In this document: one piece after another, positions 13,531-28,509 of the stretch
Position numbering within the stretch: position 1 is the first letter of the stretch
How the letters are laid out: every line of letters begins with the position of its first letter
Assembly (NCBI GenBank): GCA_951406725.2
Contig: OX597837.1
Coordinates: 9,052,001 to 9,116,000 of the forward strand
DNA: 64,000 nucleotides
Direction of reading: 5' to 3'
Origin: Octopus vulgaris
Taxonomy: Eukaryota
The notes under the pieces: generated by a model
Told to the model about the DNA's origin: nothing
Databases searched by the model: none
What the model saw: the letters and a program-made list of their open reading frames with translations, nothing else
Program-made: the position numbers and the translations under genes

Positions 13531-13949
13531 CTTCGATAATTTGTTTATTTCCTTCAATAAATCCACTGTTGCTTTGGTTCGCTATGAACCGTTATTGTTG
13601 TAGTTGTCATTGCAGATAGAATTATTCTTTCTCTTATTTATTCCCTGTGAAGTGGCCACACAGTACGGGTGGTAGTTTTCGTAGTGGTGGTATGAAATTA
13701 TTATTATTATCATTATTACTATTATCACCATTATTGTTGTTGTTATTATTGTATGTTTCGCTTTTACATTGTATTTGTACTAGCTGCTTCCAAGTCACAC
13801 CCAGAGACCCCAAGAGTCATCAAGTTAGAAGTTCAAGTTGGTGTTATGACCAGGGTGCCATATTTTTGGTTTTTGCGCAGAGTATTGTTCAAGAGAATGT
13901 CAGTAAATTAGAACTGTGTAAGTAAATTAGAATTATGTTTTCAATTATT

Positions 13950-14140
13950 ATTTATTTTTTTCCTTCAAATTTTCTTCCGTTTCTCGCAGAGTGTTTTCCA
14001 TACACCTAGGGCAGAGAAGCTCATTGTATGCATTCCCAGATTACACACGCAAAATTCATAGGTAAATATGTATTTTAAAAATTCAATAAATAAATAAATT
14101 CATGAATAGATGTTGTTTTCACAGCGATAATGCTCTTCTC

Positions 14141-14141
<1 letters not shown>
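13950..14141 (-). mobile_element. 3' end of R4/Dong-type LINE between (TTA)n tracts
   Basis: ttcaaattttcttccgtttctcgcagagtg...cctagggcagagaa and cacagcgataatgctcttctc match 22865-23040, the end of the RLE ORF plus 3' UTR. Confidence 0.65.
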
Positions 14142-14200
<59 letters not shown>

Positions 14201-14260
14201 TTTCTTCATCATCCTCATTATCATCAACATCATCATCATCTTCTTCTTCTTCTTCTTCTT

Positions 14261-14291
<31 letters not shown>

Positions 14292-14875
14292 ACAAGTGTT
14301 TTAATAGCACTGCTAACACAGTAGAAAACAGCAGTGTGTTGTATTCTTTCGCAAAACATTCCATTTCAGAGGATCTTACGTGTGGCACAGCGTGTATCTG
14401 TACAGGCTACGACCTTTAGATAGAAGGAGTGGGATAATATACATCACAGTCATGTGATCATTAGAAACAAAAACACCTGTGCAGGTACTTCAGCAAGAAA
14501 TTACGGAACCATCGATTACAATGAGAGAGCCCGACGTTGAAATTATCAACACTTCTAAGGAGCATCTTTGATTTAGTAAAATTCTCAAGAGGAATGGAAT
14601 TGAAGTAATAAACTATTCATAGTAAAATGCCGAAAATCGTTTGTCCAACCGAATATCCTGTCGCCATACGACTTGTATATTTCCAAAGCTAAGGAAATAT
14701 ATCATATAAAACTCTTATGAACAGAGACAGTGTCCAAAGAATATTATAACAGAATTTAAAATATTTGGAAGCTAGACTTCTTCCCTGACAACCAGACAAT
14801 ATCCCACAATGCACTTAGATTGCCGGTAGATTATCGGTACCGATATTTGAGAAAGTTGATTGGTGTGCATTTGAA

Positions 14876-14988
14876 GTCTACAGCGTTACTTTGGAAGCAC
14901 AGGTTTTCGTTGGTCCTTGAAGTTAAGCAACAATGAGCAGAGTTAGTACTTGGTTGGGTTACCACTTGGGAAACTAGGTGATGTAAGT
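14876..14988 (+). pseudogene. 5S rRNA pseudogene
   Basis: gtctacagcgttac...gcacaggttttcgt...gaagttaagcaac...gttagtacttggttgggttaccacttgggaaactaggtgatgta is collinear with metazoan 5S rRNA (box A, IE and box C recognisable). Many substitutions, no oligo-T terminator. Confidence 0.8.
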
Positions 14989-15079
14989 ATCACGTTAATG
15001 GCATTGACGCATTGACCCGGCGTGGTCACAATCTCTGGTTGAAAAACATAAAGGGATTAAAGAAACACATATATTATGT

Positions 15080-15700
15080 AAGGTTTGGTGTTTAATTAGA
15101 ATCAGAAACTATTGTAGAGACGAAGTGTAACACGGAAGAAAAGCAACGGATGGAGGATTAAAATCAAAGATTAGAGACTTTGAATGCTTTGTGGTAACAC
15201 ACACAGGAATCTGCTATGCGGTTGCTACGAAAATGCATACATCAAGCAAATGCTCAAATGGGAAGAGAACAAAATTCGAAGGGTCAATGAACTACGCAAG
15301 ACGTTGCTTCCTAATCATCTTGGCGAAACAAATATGGAAAAGAGATATTTGACTAGCATAGCAAAGAGATGAAAAAGGAGAATTTCCACTTGCATGCCTC
15401 TTGAAATTTGGCGGGCGGTGCAAATGTAAAACTGAGGTGTGAGGACTTTTGCATTTGTGACAGTTATATCACGTCACGTTTTGAAGATTACTTTTTGCAA
15501 TCCAAATTCTGGGAATGGGCTCCGAAATATTAATGAACAAGAGACGCTGAAGTCTTTTAACCATCCAAAATGACAAGGAAAGTGTCAACTATATCATACT
15601 TTTATGGGAAATATTACACATCAGATCAGCAGCTGTCCAAAGTTGTTATTACGGTATTAACTCCCATTGGGACATGAGGTTATTCCTAAAACAATATACA
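15080..15700 (+). mobile_element. Highly degenerate R4/Dong-type LINE fragment (zinc-knuckle region)
   Basis: ITHQISSCPKLLLRY*LPLGHEV resembles the CCHC/RHD motif region HI.S.CP......Y..RHD. Many stops. Confidence 0.5.
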
Positions 15701-15847
15701 GAGATAGCAGTACGAGAGACAAGCCTACAATTATGGGATAACTATAATGTTCCACTAGATATATAGACGCATATATAGATGCATATATACATTCATATAC
15801 ACACACAAACACACATACACACGCACATAATATATATATATATATAT

Positions 15848-16103
15848 AATATATAAAAGGGCTTAGTAAAATATATTACTTTGCCGCATACTGAACTCAT
15901 TAGAAATAGCAGCTAAAAAACTTTTTTAAAAACCATTTCCAATACTTAAAGAAAATCTCTCTCATATAGTGCTTGCTCAACTGATATGAGAGAGATTTTC
16001 TTTAAGTATTGGAAATGGTTTTTAAAAAAGTTTTTTAGCTGCTATTTCTAATGAGTTCAGTATGCGGCAAAGTAATTTATTTTACTAAGCCCTTTTATAT
16101 ATT
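15848..16103. repeat. Near-perfect inverted repeat, 120-bp arms, 16-nt spacer
   Basis: 15848-15967 is the reverse complement of 15984-16103, with one mismatch seen by eye. Confidence 0.95.
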
Positions 16104-16196
16104 GTAATAATTTGAATTCGCCTTAAATGGTCCCTTTGCATACTGAACACTTGGTGAAATTGATTAATAATTAATTAATTTTACCCTCAATTGTTG

Positions 16197-16240
<44 letters not shown>

Positions 16241-16333
16241 TCATTTATATATATATATCAGCATGCATACATGTATATGTATATATGTATATAAATATAT
16301 ATATATATATGTATATATATAAATATAGATATA

Positions 16334-16377
<44 letters not shown>

Positions 16378-16493
16378 ATACATACATACATACATACATG
16401 TATATGTATGTATATATATTTTGTAGATATGTAAGATTTGTATAAGCTTATACACATACGGATAGGTACATACACACATACATATATAAATGC

Positions 16494-16548
<55 letters not shown>

Positions 16549-16983
16549 AGTATGTGTATATGTGTATATATATATGTGTGTGTGTGAATGTGTATCTGTG
16601 TGCACATGTACGTCTGTGCACGCACAGTATCCAGATGCATAAAAGCGCATGCGTAGACACACATGCATTTGCACACTGACATATACATGCTATGCAATTG
16701 GGTCAAAAGTATTATTCACCTTAGAGTAAATTCAAGCCATTTTGTGAATTCCTAAACGATTAACAAAGTCTTTCGAGGTCGGAAGAAATGCAAGAAGCTG
16801 CTTCTAAGAAATGCTTACAAATTCATTCGAAGAAGAGAGATACGCAAAACCAATTTTCTTTGTATTGCCAGCAGAGTCAGTAATACTCTTTTACTTGTTT
16901 CAGTCATTTGTCTGTGACCATGCTGGAGCACCGCCTTTAGTCGAGCAAATCGACCCGAGGACTTACTCTTTGTAAACCTAGTA

Positions 16984-17350
<367 letters not shown>

Positions 17351-17754
17351 TTATTTATCTATGTATATGTATGTATATATCTCTCTCTATATATATACAT
17401 ACAAATAATCATATATGTGTGTGTGTGTGTGCATGTGCGTGTACGTGCATGTTTGTATAGATATATATACGTACGTAAGTGTATATGCGCGCATGTATAT
17501 AAACAAATCTGTGAACCCGAATGAAAACGGAAGAGTTAAACATGTACAAAGAATAAAGGGTGAAAGGCGGAGGAAAGTTGCATTCCCATAAGAGAGAACT
17601 GCTGGGGACGGAGGTAATCGTATATTTTAATAATGACAATCACTGAGCAAGGTCAATATACTGATCTTACACGTGAAGACCCCTAAGGTGGGGGGGGGGC
17701 TGTTCAAGCAGGGAGTCAGTGACAATATAACGACTGCATTTAATTAATGGCTCA

Positions 17755-17827
17755 TGGGTGACGATGACGATGATGGTGATGACAATGATGACAATGATGA
17801 TGGCGATGATGATGGCGATGATAATGG

Positions 17828-17878
<51 letters not shown>

Positions 17879-18029
17879 CGATGATGATGATGATGATGAT
17901 GATGATAATGATGATGATGATGATGATGATGATGACGATGATGATAATGACAGTGATGATGTCGATGATGATGACGATGATGGTCATAACGACGATGATG
18001 ATGGTGGTGGTGGTGACGATGATGATAAA

Positions 18030-18091
<62 letters not shown>

Positions 18092-18620
18092 CAATGATGA
18101 TGATGGTGATGGTGCCGGTGCTGGTGAAGCTAATGATGACAACTGCGACAACGATGATGATGATGATTACGATGAGAAAGAGGGCAAATGATACTGGAGA
18201 TATTGGAGATGATGGTCATTTTTGACGACGATGATCATAATATTGATGGTGATGTTGCTGATGATGATGATGATGATGAATATAGTGGTGATGTCGGCGA
18301 TGGCGAGCATGATGATGACATTAATCATATTGATGTTGATGATTTGAAGATATCACTTTTGCCGTTAATGCTGTTGCTATTGCTCCTGCCTTGCTGTTGT
18401 TGCTGCTGCTGCTGATGATGATGATGGTGATGATGATGATGACGACGACGACGTTGATTATGAGGACGACGACGACGACGATGACAAATGTGATCGCGTC
18501 TATGACAAATATTACGACGACGTGTAACATGGAGTTGATGCAGATGTGAAGACGACGACGATTACGATGATGACGAGGAGGATGGAGGAGGATGAGGATG
18601 ATAATGGTGATGCTGATGAC
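17755..18620. repeat. Degenerate (GAT)n array
   Basis: Directly visible. Confidence 0.9.
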
Positions 18621-18739
18621 AAAGACGTTGACAAGAATGATGTTCATGTTGACCAGTATCTCAAACTTAATCACTTTTCGTGTAATCGTTAATCAAGTGT
18701 AAGTCGCATTGATAATGATGAGGAGGCTTTCGTACGAAG

Positions 18740-19580
18740 AAAGAAGGGAATCAGAAAGATACGAGGATGAAGAGAAACGAAAGAAAGAAAGAAAGAAAGA
18801 AAGGAAATAATGAAGGGTGAAAAGCATTGGAAAATAAAATAAAATAAAAGGGGAATGAATAAGAAGGGCTAAAATTATGAAGGAGAAATGGAAGGAAAGA
18901 AAGGAGAAAGAGGGAAAATGTTCGGAGGGAATGTAGTAAGAGAGGAAGGAAATAAGGATGGCAGAATGATGGAAGAGAAAAGGAAGTGAAGAAAGATGAA
19001 AATGAGGATCGGAGGAAGGAGAGAAGGAAGGGAGATGTGAAGGAGCAAAGTGTGAAAGAGAAAATGGAGAAGAGAAAGGATTAAGGAATGCATGATCGGA
19101 GGAGAGATAGAAAGAAAGAAAATGTGAAGGAGAAAGTTGTGAAAGAGAAAAGAAAGATTGAAAGGAAGAAAAACTATGTGGTTGGAGGAATGAGAGAAAG
19201 AAGGAAGATATGAAGGAGAAAAGTGTGAAAGAGAAAAAGAAGAAGAGAAAGGATTAAAGAGTACATGATCGTAGGAGAGATAGAAAGAAGGAAGATCTGA
19301 GGAGAAAACTGTGAAAGAGAAAAGGAAGGAGAGAAAGGTATGAAGAATACATGATCGGGGGAAAGATAGAGAGATAGAGAGAAAGAAAATATGAAGGAGA
19401 GACCCACAAAGAAGTAAGGAGTAAATGAGAAAGCCAAAATAATGAGTGAGAGAGAGAGAGAAGGAAGGAAGTAAGGAAGGAAGGAAATGAATGGAGACAA
19501 ATGTTGAGAGGAAAGAATGACAGTGAAAAGTAGCAATGGAAGATAGAAAAAAAACGATAAAATAAAAAAAAAAAAAGATG
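18740..19580. repeat. Polypurine tract with a diverged tandem unit of about 85-90 bp
   Basis: catgatcggaggagagatagaaagaa and gaaggagaaaagtgtgaaagagaaaa recur at about 19005-19400. Confidence 0.75.
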
Positions 19581-20134
19581 ATGAATTCAAGAAATTGGAA
19601 ATTCTGATAAATGAGATTTGCCATTCTCAGCAATTCTTCGAGTGTATAACAGTGCAGAATTTTCTAAAGTGAAAATTTACGGACAAAAGAACGTGTACCA
19701 TGTGACATAGGAACAAAATGACGTGTACACGCTGTGGTGAATACAGTACGCGTAATTCTTCAAAACCAGAAGAACCTTAATTTTATACACTTGTAATCAG
19801 AAATATTCTAATCTTCTTCACTTCGTAGTTTTTTTAATATTCCGCCTAAATGTACCTAGACCTATATTATGTGATGCATCGTTGTTTGGACAGGGTATGA
19901 CAACAAATCCACCTCATGGCCATCCTGTTTCTTGGCCGTCATCTTTGGTGACATGGGTGTGTGGTGCAGACATGGTTGTGTGCTTAATAACTTTGTGGTT
20001 CCAGGTTCACTCTGCGTCGTTGGTACCTTGAGCAAACGTCTTCTTTTATAGCTCCAAGCCGACAAAATGACTTGTGGGCGTATTAGGTAGGCAGAAATAC
20101 CGCTAAACATTTCAACCGGCGTGCTAATGATTCT

Positions 20135-20620
20135 TATTTCTTTACTACCGACAAGGGGCTAAACATAGAGGGGACACACAAGGACATACAAACGGATTAA
20201 GTCGATTATATCGACCCCAGTGTGTAACTGGTACTTATTTAATCGACAAGGCGGTGAGCTGGCAGATACGTTAACACGTCGGGCGAAATGTTTAACGGTA
20301 TTTCGTCTACCGTTACGTTCTGAGTTCAAATTCCGCCGAGATCGACTTTGCCTTTCATCCTGTCGGGGTCGATAAATTAAGTACCAGTTACGTACTAGGA
20401 TCGATGTAATCGACTTAATACCTATGTCTGTCCTTGTTTTTCCCCTCTATGTTTAGCCGCTTGTGGGTAATAAAGAAATAGGTACTTATTTAATCGACAC
20501 GGAAAGGATGAAAGGCAAAGTCGACTCCGGCGGAATTTGAACTCAGAACGTAGATAAACGAAATACCAACCACTAAGCAATTCGCCCGGCTTGCTAACGT
20601 TTCTGACAGCTTCTGGCTGC
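20135..20620. mobile_element. Nested SINE family A copies: a plus-strand copy (20250-20480) inside a minus-strand copy
   Basis: ggcggtgagctggcag...gagttcaaattccgccgag (A/B-box-like) on plus. ggtacttatttaatcgaca occurs on both sides (20230-20248 and 20481-20499), like a target-site duplication. Confidence 0.8.
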
Positions 20621-21450
20621 CTTAGAAAAATGTCAGGACCAATTATCAGAACTACAACCAGAATCACTATCGTCCATCAACGAGACAAGTTCTACAAGGA
20701 AAAATTCTAAGTCTAAACCCATTACCATTAAAAACATACGTAAGACCAGCACAATCAATACAAAAGCCAAGACTCCCATACAAACAGACGGTACAAGTGA
20801 AAGTCATCACGGCTAAAGATATGTCTACGAACCACCACGACACCATTCTAATTACAAGCAACTACAAATAGAATTAACATTCATACACATACATAGGTAT
20901 CCAGAGGACCACACCCACGAACCGAACCAACTCGCTGGAAAACACCGATTATACGCAAACATACGAAGAAACAATAAAAAGACAATGGATGAAAGTTTCT
21001 AAAATATATATGAAAACAAGCAACAAAATGAGAGAAACAGGAAAAAATGACGGCGGGAAGGAGAGTAAGAGAGTGGGTGCGTATGTGTAGGAGAGACAGA
21101 ATAATGGAGAGAGAGGGAGACGGTGAGTAGGGAGGGTTTGTAATGGAATTTATAAAAGGTTTTGAAGAGAAAAATATTGGTGAGTGAGTATTAAACTGTC
21201 CAAAAATAAATGATTGCTTGTTAATTTTATGGTAGGTGTTGAAAGAATAATTTCCTGCTTCCTAGATCTACACTGTTTCAGGAATGATATATGTATATAT
21301 ATATATACGTATACATACATACAAATATACATACATACATACATACATACATACACTCGTACACATATATATACATATATGTGTGTATATATATTTATGA
21401 ATATAAATGTGTATATATATTTGTGTGTATGAGTGTGTGTATATATATGT

Positions 21451-21490
<40 letters not shown>

Positions 21491-21548
21491 TATATAAATA
21501 TATATATATATTTATATATATATATATATATATATATACGCACATATA

Positions 21549-21643
<95 letters not shown>

Positions 21644-22037
21644 CAACGTATATATGTATATGTATATGTATATGTTTATTGCACCAATAGACTTAATGTT
21701 TGATATCGTGTTTATGTAGTGTAGTGGTGCCGTTTAAGAAAAATTGTTTAATCTATGTTTGCTGTATTGGATGATATAAAATACTTAAAGACCCTTCTCA
21801 GCCAAAGATCTATTATTATTGGTATTTTGCCCGTTGCTACTTCCTGAGTTCAAATTCCGGCGCTGTTGATTTTTACCTTTTTATCCTTTCATTTCAGTAC
21901 CAGTCAAACACTGGGTAGATGCAATCGACTCAACGTCCCCCCCAAATTCGCTGCCTTTGTGGAAAACTTTGAATGCCGTATTAATATTATTATTATTGAT
22001 GTTGTTGTTGTTGTTGTTGTTATTATTATTATTATTA

Positions 22038-22822
22038 TTCCTTCGTAAAACCGTGCAGGTAAAAACGCACCGGAGTCTTTAGTCATCTGTCAAGTCACAA
22101 CAAGGACCTCAAACAGATAATACTTTCCTGAAGATGTGCGCTGTATCCAATACGGCTCCTTCTTCCAAGACATCAATCTCGAAAGGGATTTCCAATTCCG
22201 TTAAGAAGTCTTGATGTCTCAACGGGAATGAGCCCCACGCTCCGATCATCACTGGTATCACTTTTACATTACCATCTCGTATTCAATAAAGTCTTGCCAT
22301 TTCCAGTTTCAATTCGAAGTACTTGGTGATTTTTTCAACCTCATTTCTCACAAAATTCATGTCATTTGGTACAGCTAAATCAATGATCTGACAGTATTTG
22401 TCTCTCTTATTCAATGTGACAATCTGAGGCCGACGGTGTTCGATTACACGATCGTTTGAAAATCATAGTCCCAGAGTATCGTTACTTTTCCATCCTCCTG
22501 CATAACTTTACTTGGCGCATGCTCATACCAGTTCTCTGTTACTTCATATTGGTATTTACGGCATAAGAGCCAATGAAGACACACACACACTTTATCGTAG
22601 CGGCGCTTGTATACATTTTGTACAAGGCTCTCACATTCATTTACTAAGTGGGTCCCATTTTCCACACTCTTTCCACAGAGTCTGCATTTCTGGGTGTCAG
22701 AAGTTTTATAGACGTTATACTTCACTGAATTGATAGCGAGAGCCTGGTCTTGTGCAGCAACGATCAGGATTTCAGTGATACGCTTCAAATCACCTCGCTC
22801 AAGCCATGCCCACGATGCTGTA
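22038..22822 (-). mobile_element. 5'-truncated R4/Dong-clade non-LTR retrotransposon (CCHC knuckle plus RLE endonuclease), pseudogenised
   Basis: AAQDQAL...KCRLCGKSVENGTHLVNECESL...YKRRYDKV...ILWDYDFQT, then frameshifted HRRPQIV...IIDLAVP...EKITKY...VIPVMIGAWG. Both ends abut (TAA)n-type tracts. Confidence 0.9.
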
Positions 22823-22864
22823 TCATTATTATTATCATTGTTATTGCTATTATTATTTTTTTTT

Positions 22865-23252
22865 TTTTCAAATTTGCTTCCATTTCTTGCCGAGTGTCTC
22901 CCTGACTCCTAGGGCAAAGAAAAGTTATAGTATACATTGGTAGGCCATTAAACTAAACTCAATTGTTCGTTCTTTTTTTTTTAATGTTAATTTAAATACA
23001 TGGGTAGTAATAGTTCTCACAGCGACAATGTTCTTCTCAATACGTGTGATGTACCAGTTAAGACAATCTTTTGCACTTCTTGCAGGGATGGTAAGCCAGA
23101 GATCATACTAATATAATTTTCGGTTCCCTTCTTGATCATTCCTAGTCATCCTACGATCACTGGTATTGTAACCGCCTTGAGATGCCACATTTTCACAATT
23201 TCAATGAGCAGGTCTTTTTATTTTATGAGCTTGTCAAACTCTTTCGCCGAGA

Positions 23253-23253
<1 letters not shown>
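22865..23253 (-). mobile_element. 3' fragment of a second R4/Dong-type LINE subfamily
   Basis: KEFDKLIK*KDLLIEIVKMWHLKAVTIPVIVG*LGMIKKG...LQEVQKIVLTGTSHVLRRTLSL* plus 3' UTR, flanked by (TTA)n. Confidence 0.85.
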
Positions 23254-23314
<61 letters not shown>

Positions 23315-23708
23315 GCTAAATATTATTATAATTATTATTGTTGAAGCTGTTATTGCTAAATTTATTGTTAATGTTGTTGATATTGTTATCACTTGTACTA
23401 TAATTGTCTTTACTATTCCCGTCTACACCTAAATCATCTTCATGAAAGTTACTTTTTCCTATAATTATTATAATCACCATACTCTCTCCATATGGTTGTC
23501 ATTATGCATTTCCATTAAACTCAAACACACAAATAAACAATCACATACATACTAGAAAATATAAGTGTGTGTATACATAAGGGTATATATATATATATGT
23601 CATTTCCCTCTCTCTATCGCTCTGTATATGAATGTCTGAGCGCCTAATAATACTTTAATTGTTCCACCTCCTCGCGTTGTTGTCGTTTTTGTTTTCTTGT
23701 TTGGATTA

Positions 23709-23756
<48 letters not shown>

Positions 23757-23790
23757 TATACATATATATATATGTATATATATATATATA

Positions 23791-23847
<57 letters not shown>

Positions 23848-24269
23848 CTTGTGTGCGTGTGTGTCTGTATGTAGGTTTATATGTATATATAGATATACAT
23901 ATATATACATATAAATATATATATACACACACACACATATACCTGAATACATACGTGCATACATTCATACACATACATACGCACACACACACACAAATAC
24001 ACACACGCTTACTCACACACACATATACACATAAGTAACGGGAATCTTCAATTATTTTTGCCTGTTTTTCAGCGTCTTTTAATTTCGTGTTTTACTTCGA
24101 GAAATTATCAGGTCACACAAGTCAGCTATTTATGATGTAAAAAGTAATTTCTTCCATCTATAATAATGGCGGCAATGATAGTAATAGTAGCAATAATAGC
24201 AACGCATATAATGTAAATAGCGTTTAAAATAATGATGTTTGTAGCAATAACAATTATAGTCTTTTTCTA

Positions 24270-24600
24270 ATCGAGGTGCAAGGACCGAAATTTTGGGGGA
24301 GGGTAAAAGTCGATTAGATCGACCCCAGTACGCAGCTGGTGCTTAATTTATCAAATCCGAAGGGATGAAATGCAAAGTCGACCTCGAAATACCTATTTTT
24401 TTACTACCCAAAAGGGGTTAAACACAGAGAGGACGAACAAGGACAGACAAATGGATTAAGTTGATTACATCGACCACAGTGCGTAAATGGTACTTTATTT
24501 ATCGACCTGGAAAGGATGTAGGGCAAAGTCGACCTCGGCGGAATTTGAACTCAGAACGTAGCGGCAGACGAAATACCTATTTCTTTACTACGCACAAGGG
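24270..24600 (-). mobile_element. SINE family A tandem fragments
   Basis: gtcgacctcggcggaatttgaactcagaacg body, with gaaatacc|tattt junctions at about 24392 and 24577. Confidence 0.8.
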
Positions 24601-24766
24601 TATATATATGAATATATATATATGTATATATATAGATAAATGTATATTGACAGATAGATATATGCAGACACTTATCTATAGATAAACAAATACATATTCA
24701 TATATATATGTACGACACACACTCACACACACATATGCACACACATACGCGCACACACACACACAT

Positions 24767-24884
<118 letters not shown>

Positions 24885-25523
24885 GCCTGTATCAGATAAT
24901 ATCCTTCAATATATGTTCCCTTACGTGTTTTCAGAAATATGTAGCTGCTATTTCTAGCAGTTCTAGCAACCAGCGCACCGATGCTTTACGACTTTTCGGT
25001 AGAACGCTCAGAACGTTCCATTACCGTAAACATTCGCAAAGTAAAATTGAAATAAGCATTAGCGAAACCGTCGCGAAACCCATTTGCATAATACCGAGAA
25101 GACTGAAGAACGATGAACTTTCTAGAAGAAATATTCGATAAAATAAAAACAAATAAATATTTCAAAAAAACACATTCACTATAGTAACAAACAAACAAAA
25201 AAAACATGAGAGTGAAATATTGCCCCAACCAATTATTTTCTCTGGTAACGAAAGCTCCACTCCTAAAATTCGAAGAAATATTTCCTTAATTATGAACCAA
25301 TCCTCAGCTGTATGGATCGTTCATGGCAAATATAATTTAGAAATAAATTAGAAGCACTAACGAATAAATTGATTTATAATTGCATCGCGTTTATTTGTTA
25401 TTTATTACATTATTATTTATCGAAATATATTTATTTTTTTTCATTTATTATTTCTAGTTCCTATTGTTTGTGGCGTTCTTGTATTAATATTTTTATTCAT
25501 TTTATCCATCATCATAATCATCG

Positions 25524-25556
<33 letters not shown>

Positions 25557-25563
25557 GACGTCG

Positions 25564-25608
<45 letters not shown>

Positions 25609-25756
25609 CCATCATCATTATTATTATTATTATCATTATTATCCTCATTATTATTATTTCTATTATTATTACTATTATTACTATTATTATTATTACTATT
25701 ATTACTAATATTATTGTTGCTATTATTATTATTATTATCATCCTTATTATTATTAC

Positions 25757-25792
<36 letters not shown>

Positions 25793-25825
25793 TACTATTA
25801 CTATAATACTTATTATTATTATTAT

Positions 25826-25890
<65 letters not shown>

Positions 25891-26073
25891 TTGGTTAATG
25901 ACCTGGATGGTGGAGTGAAGATGGAATACATCTGTCACGCCCATTTTACGCTGGAAGATGGTGATAACTATGATAATGCCTTTCAATATGAAATGTCTGC
26001 TGTTAAAAATTTATCTATCGAAGTAACCATTATTACGTAACCATCTATACATAGATACATACATAAACACGTG

Positions 26074-26104
<31 letters not shown>

Positions 26105-26195
26105 GTGTGTGTGTGTGTGTGTGAGTGTGTGTGCGTTTGTGTGTGCGTATATAAGTGTATATATATATATACATATAAATCTATCTATCTATCTC

Positions 26196-26273
<78 letters not shown>

Positions 26274-26313
26274 CACACATATGTATATATATATATGTGT
26301 GTATGTGTGTGTA

Positions 26314-26345
<32 letters not shown>

Positions 26346-26916
26346 CATCCATGTTGTTTGTTCCATTCGGGTCACCATGTAGGCGCTGAAATGTAGACTC
26401 TGGTGTTTGAACGTCATTTTTATCTTGCAAATAAGTTAAGAATTAAATGTCAGCATAGAGAAGAGACAGTTACCAGCAAAAACATAGTGATAGCGGAGAA
26501 ATGATCAGCAACATGTAATCGATATAGGCCCTAATGGTTCCAAGCAGCACTTCAACATGAAGACGAATTAAAATTTTTGGTGTGGTTGTTTCAAAGGACT
26601 TGAAACAACCACGTGATACATTACGTGATATATTCTATACAACAGAGCACGTATACTTTATTTCTTATCCAACCTAATGTTCCGAATACTGAGGCTAGAA
26701 GACATACCTGTCAGGTAACAGTTGCAATGCACCTAGACGACTCTGTATAACCTCTCGACATTTTTGTACTGACCAGAACTTCTTTCAGTTTTTACGCTAT
26801 ACACACCCCATATCAATACACATTTATACAATTTAAACATGCGTACATGCAGAAGTACATACGTACTTACATACATGCAGACTTACTACACAAACACACA
26901 CATACCTATATATATA

Positions 26917-27059
<143 letters not shown>

Positions 27060-27139
27060 TTTTATATATATATATATAAACGCTCACAATATATATTATA
27101 TATGCATATAATGGAATATTTATATATATATATATATAT

Positions 27140-27221
<82 letters not shown>

Positions 27222-27270
27222 CGCTCACAATATGCAGCATAATTATATATTCATATAAATGGAATATTTG

Positions 27271-27349
<79 letters not shown>

Positions 27350-27427
27350 GTATGTATGTAAATGTGTGTGTGTTGGTCCATATATTTGTATACATATACA
27401 TGTACATATATATATATGTAGATATGC

Positions 27428-27468
<41 letters not shown>

Positions 27469-27689
27469 TTATAGGTGGGGTGTCCATGTGCGTATATGTA
27501 TTTGCGTATTGTAGTTTATTTTTTCTTTTAGAAACCGAGCTGACTGCAACTTAGTGACGCAAGCAGAGCTTCCTACTAATTAACATCAAAGCCAAGCCAC
27601 CTCCTGACGCCTGGCGGAGAGAACTCGACGTCATCGATCGCATGGACAATCAAAGAAAACCAACGTTTTTTTCAAATTCTGTCCACCAT

Positions 27690-27743
<54 letters not shown>

Positions 27744-27749
27744 GTATGC

Positions 27750-27827
<78 letters not shown>

Positions 27828-27842
27828 TATATATATATATGC

Positions 27843-27873
<31 letters not shown>

Positions 27874-27874
27874 C

Positions 27875-27928
<54 letters not shown>

Positions 27929-27929
27929 C

Positions 27930-27965
<36 letters not shown>

Positions 27966-28476
27966 GTGTATATATATATATGTGTGTGTGTGTTACGCTA
28001 AAAGGGACTGCATCAAAACTCATTAACGTCATGTGATTTTATTACTTTAAAATTATGCAGGTTTTAGCGATTGCGCTCATGCTGGAGCACCACATTTATT
28101 TTCAGCTTTTAAGACTTAAATTGTACAACACCTTATGGATTAGGGTGTTGCACGCACGATCATGGATTCGTTTTCCGAATCGTGCAGCCTATTGTGTTTT
28201 TTGAGCAAAACCCTTCACTTCAGGTTGATCCAGTGCTATGTCGAGATTGGAACAGAAAACATTATAGCCAACCTTTCCGCTGCTTGTCATAACAGGCGAC
28301 TAAAAGAAGTTGAGGAAGGAGTTGCACTTAGAACTCGTCAAGTGCTTTCCAGGAACGACCACCCAAACAGACCAACGTTTTGGAGGTTTGTGCAAATGTG
28401 TCTTCTGGCAGGGGCAGGGAATCAACAAGAAATGGTGACTACAGCGACGCGCTGTAATAGCGCAACCTCTTCACTA

Positions 28477-28509
<33 letters not shown>

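Noticed and set aside
12439-13603. Long F/L/S-rich ORFs resembling membrane proteins
   Set aside because: Consequence of a polypyrimidine tract that cannot easily encode stop codons
25260-25310. CUGAGGA...GAAA on minus strand (similar partial matches at 30440-30460 and 60966)
   Set aside because: No stem II or stem I pairing, so chance hammerhead-box matches
26350-26790. Possible DNA transposon remnant with mariner-like end ttatccaacctaat
   Set aside because: No partner TIR or transposase motif found
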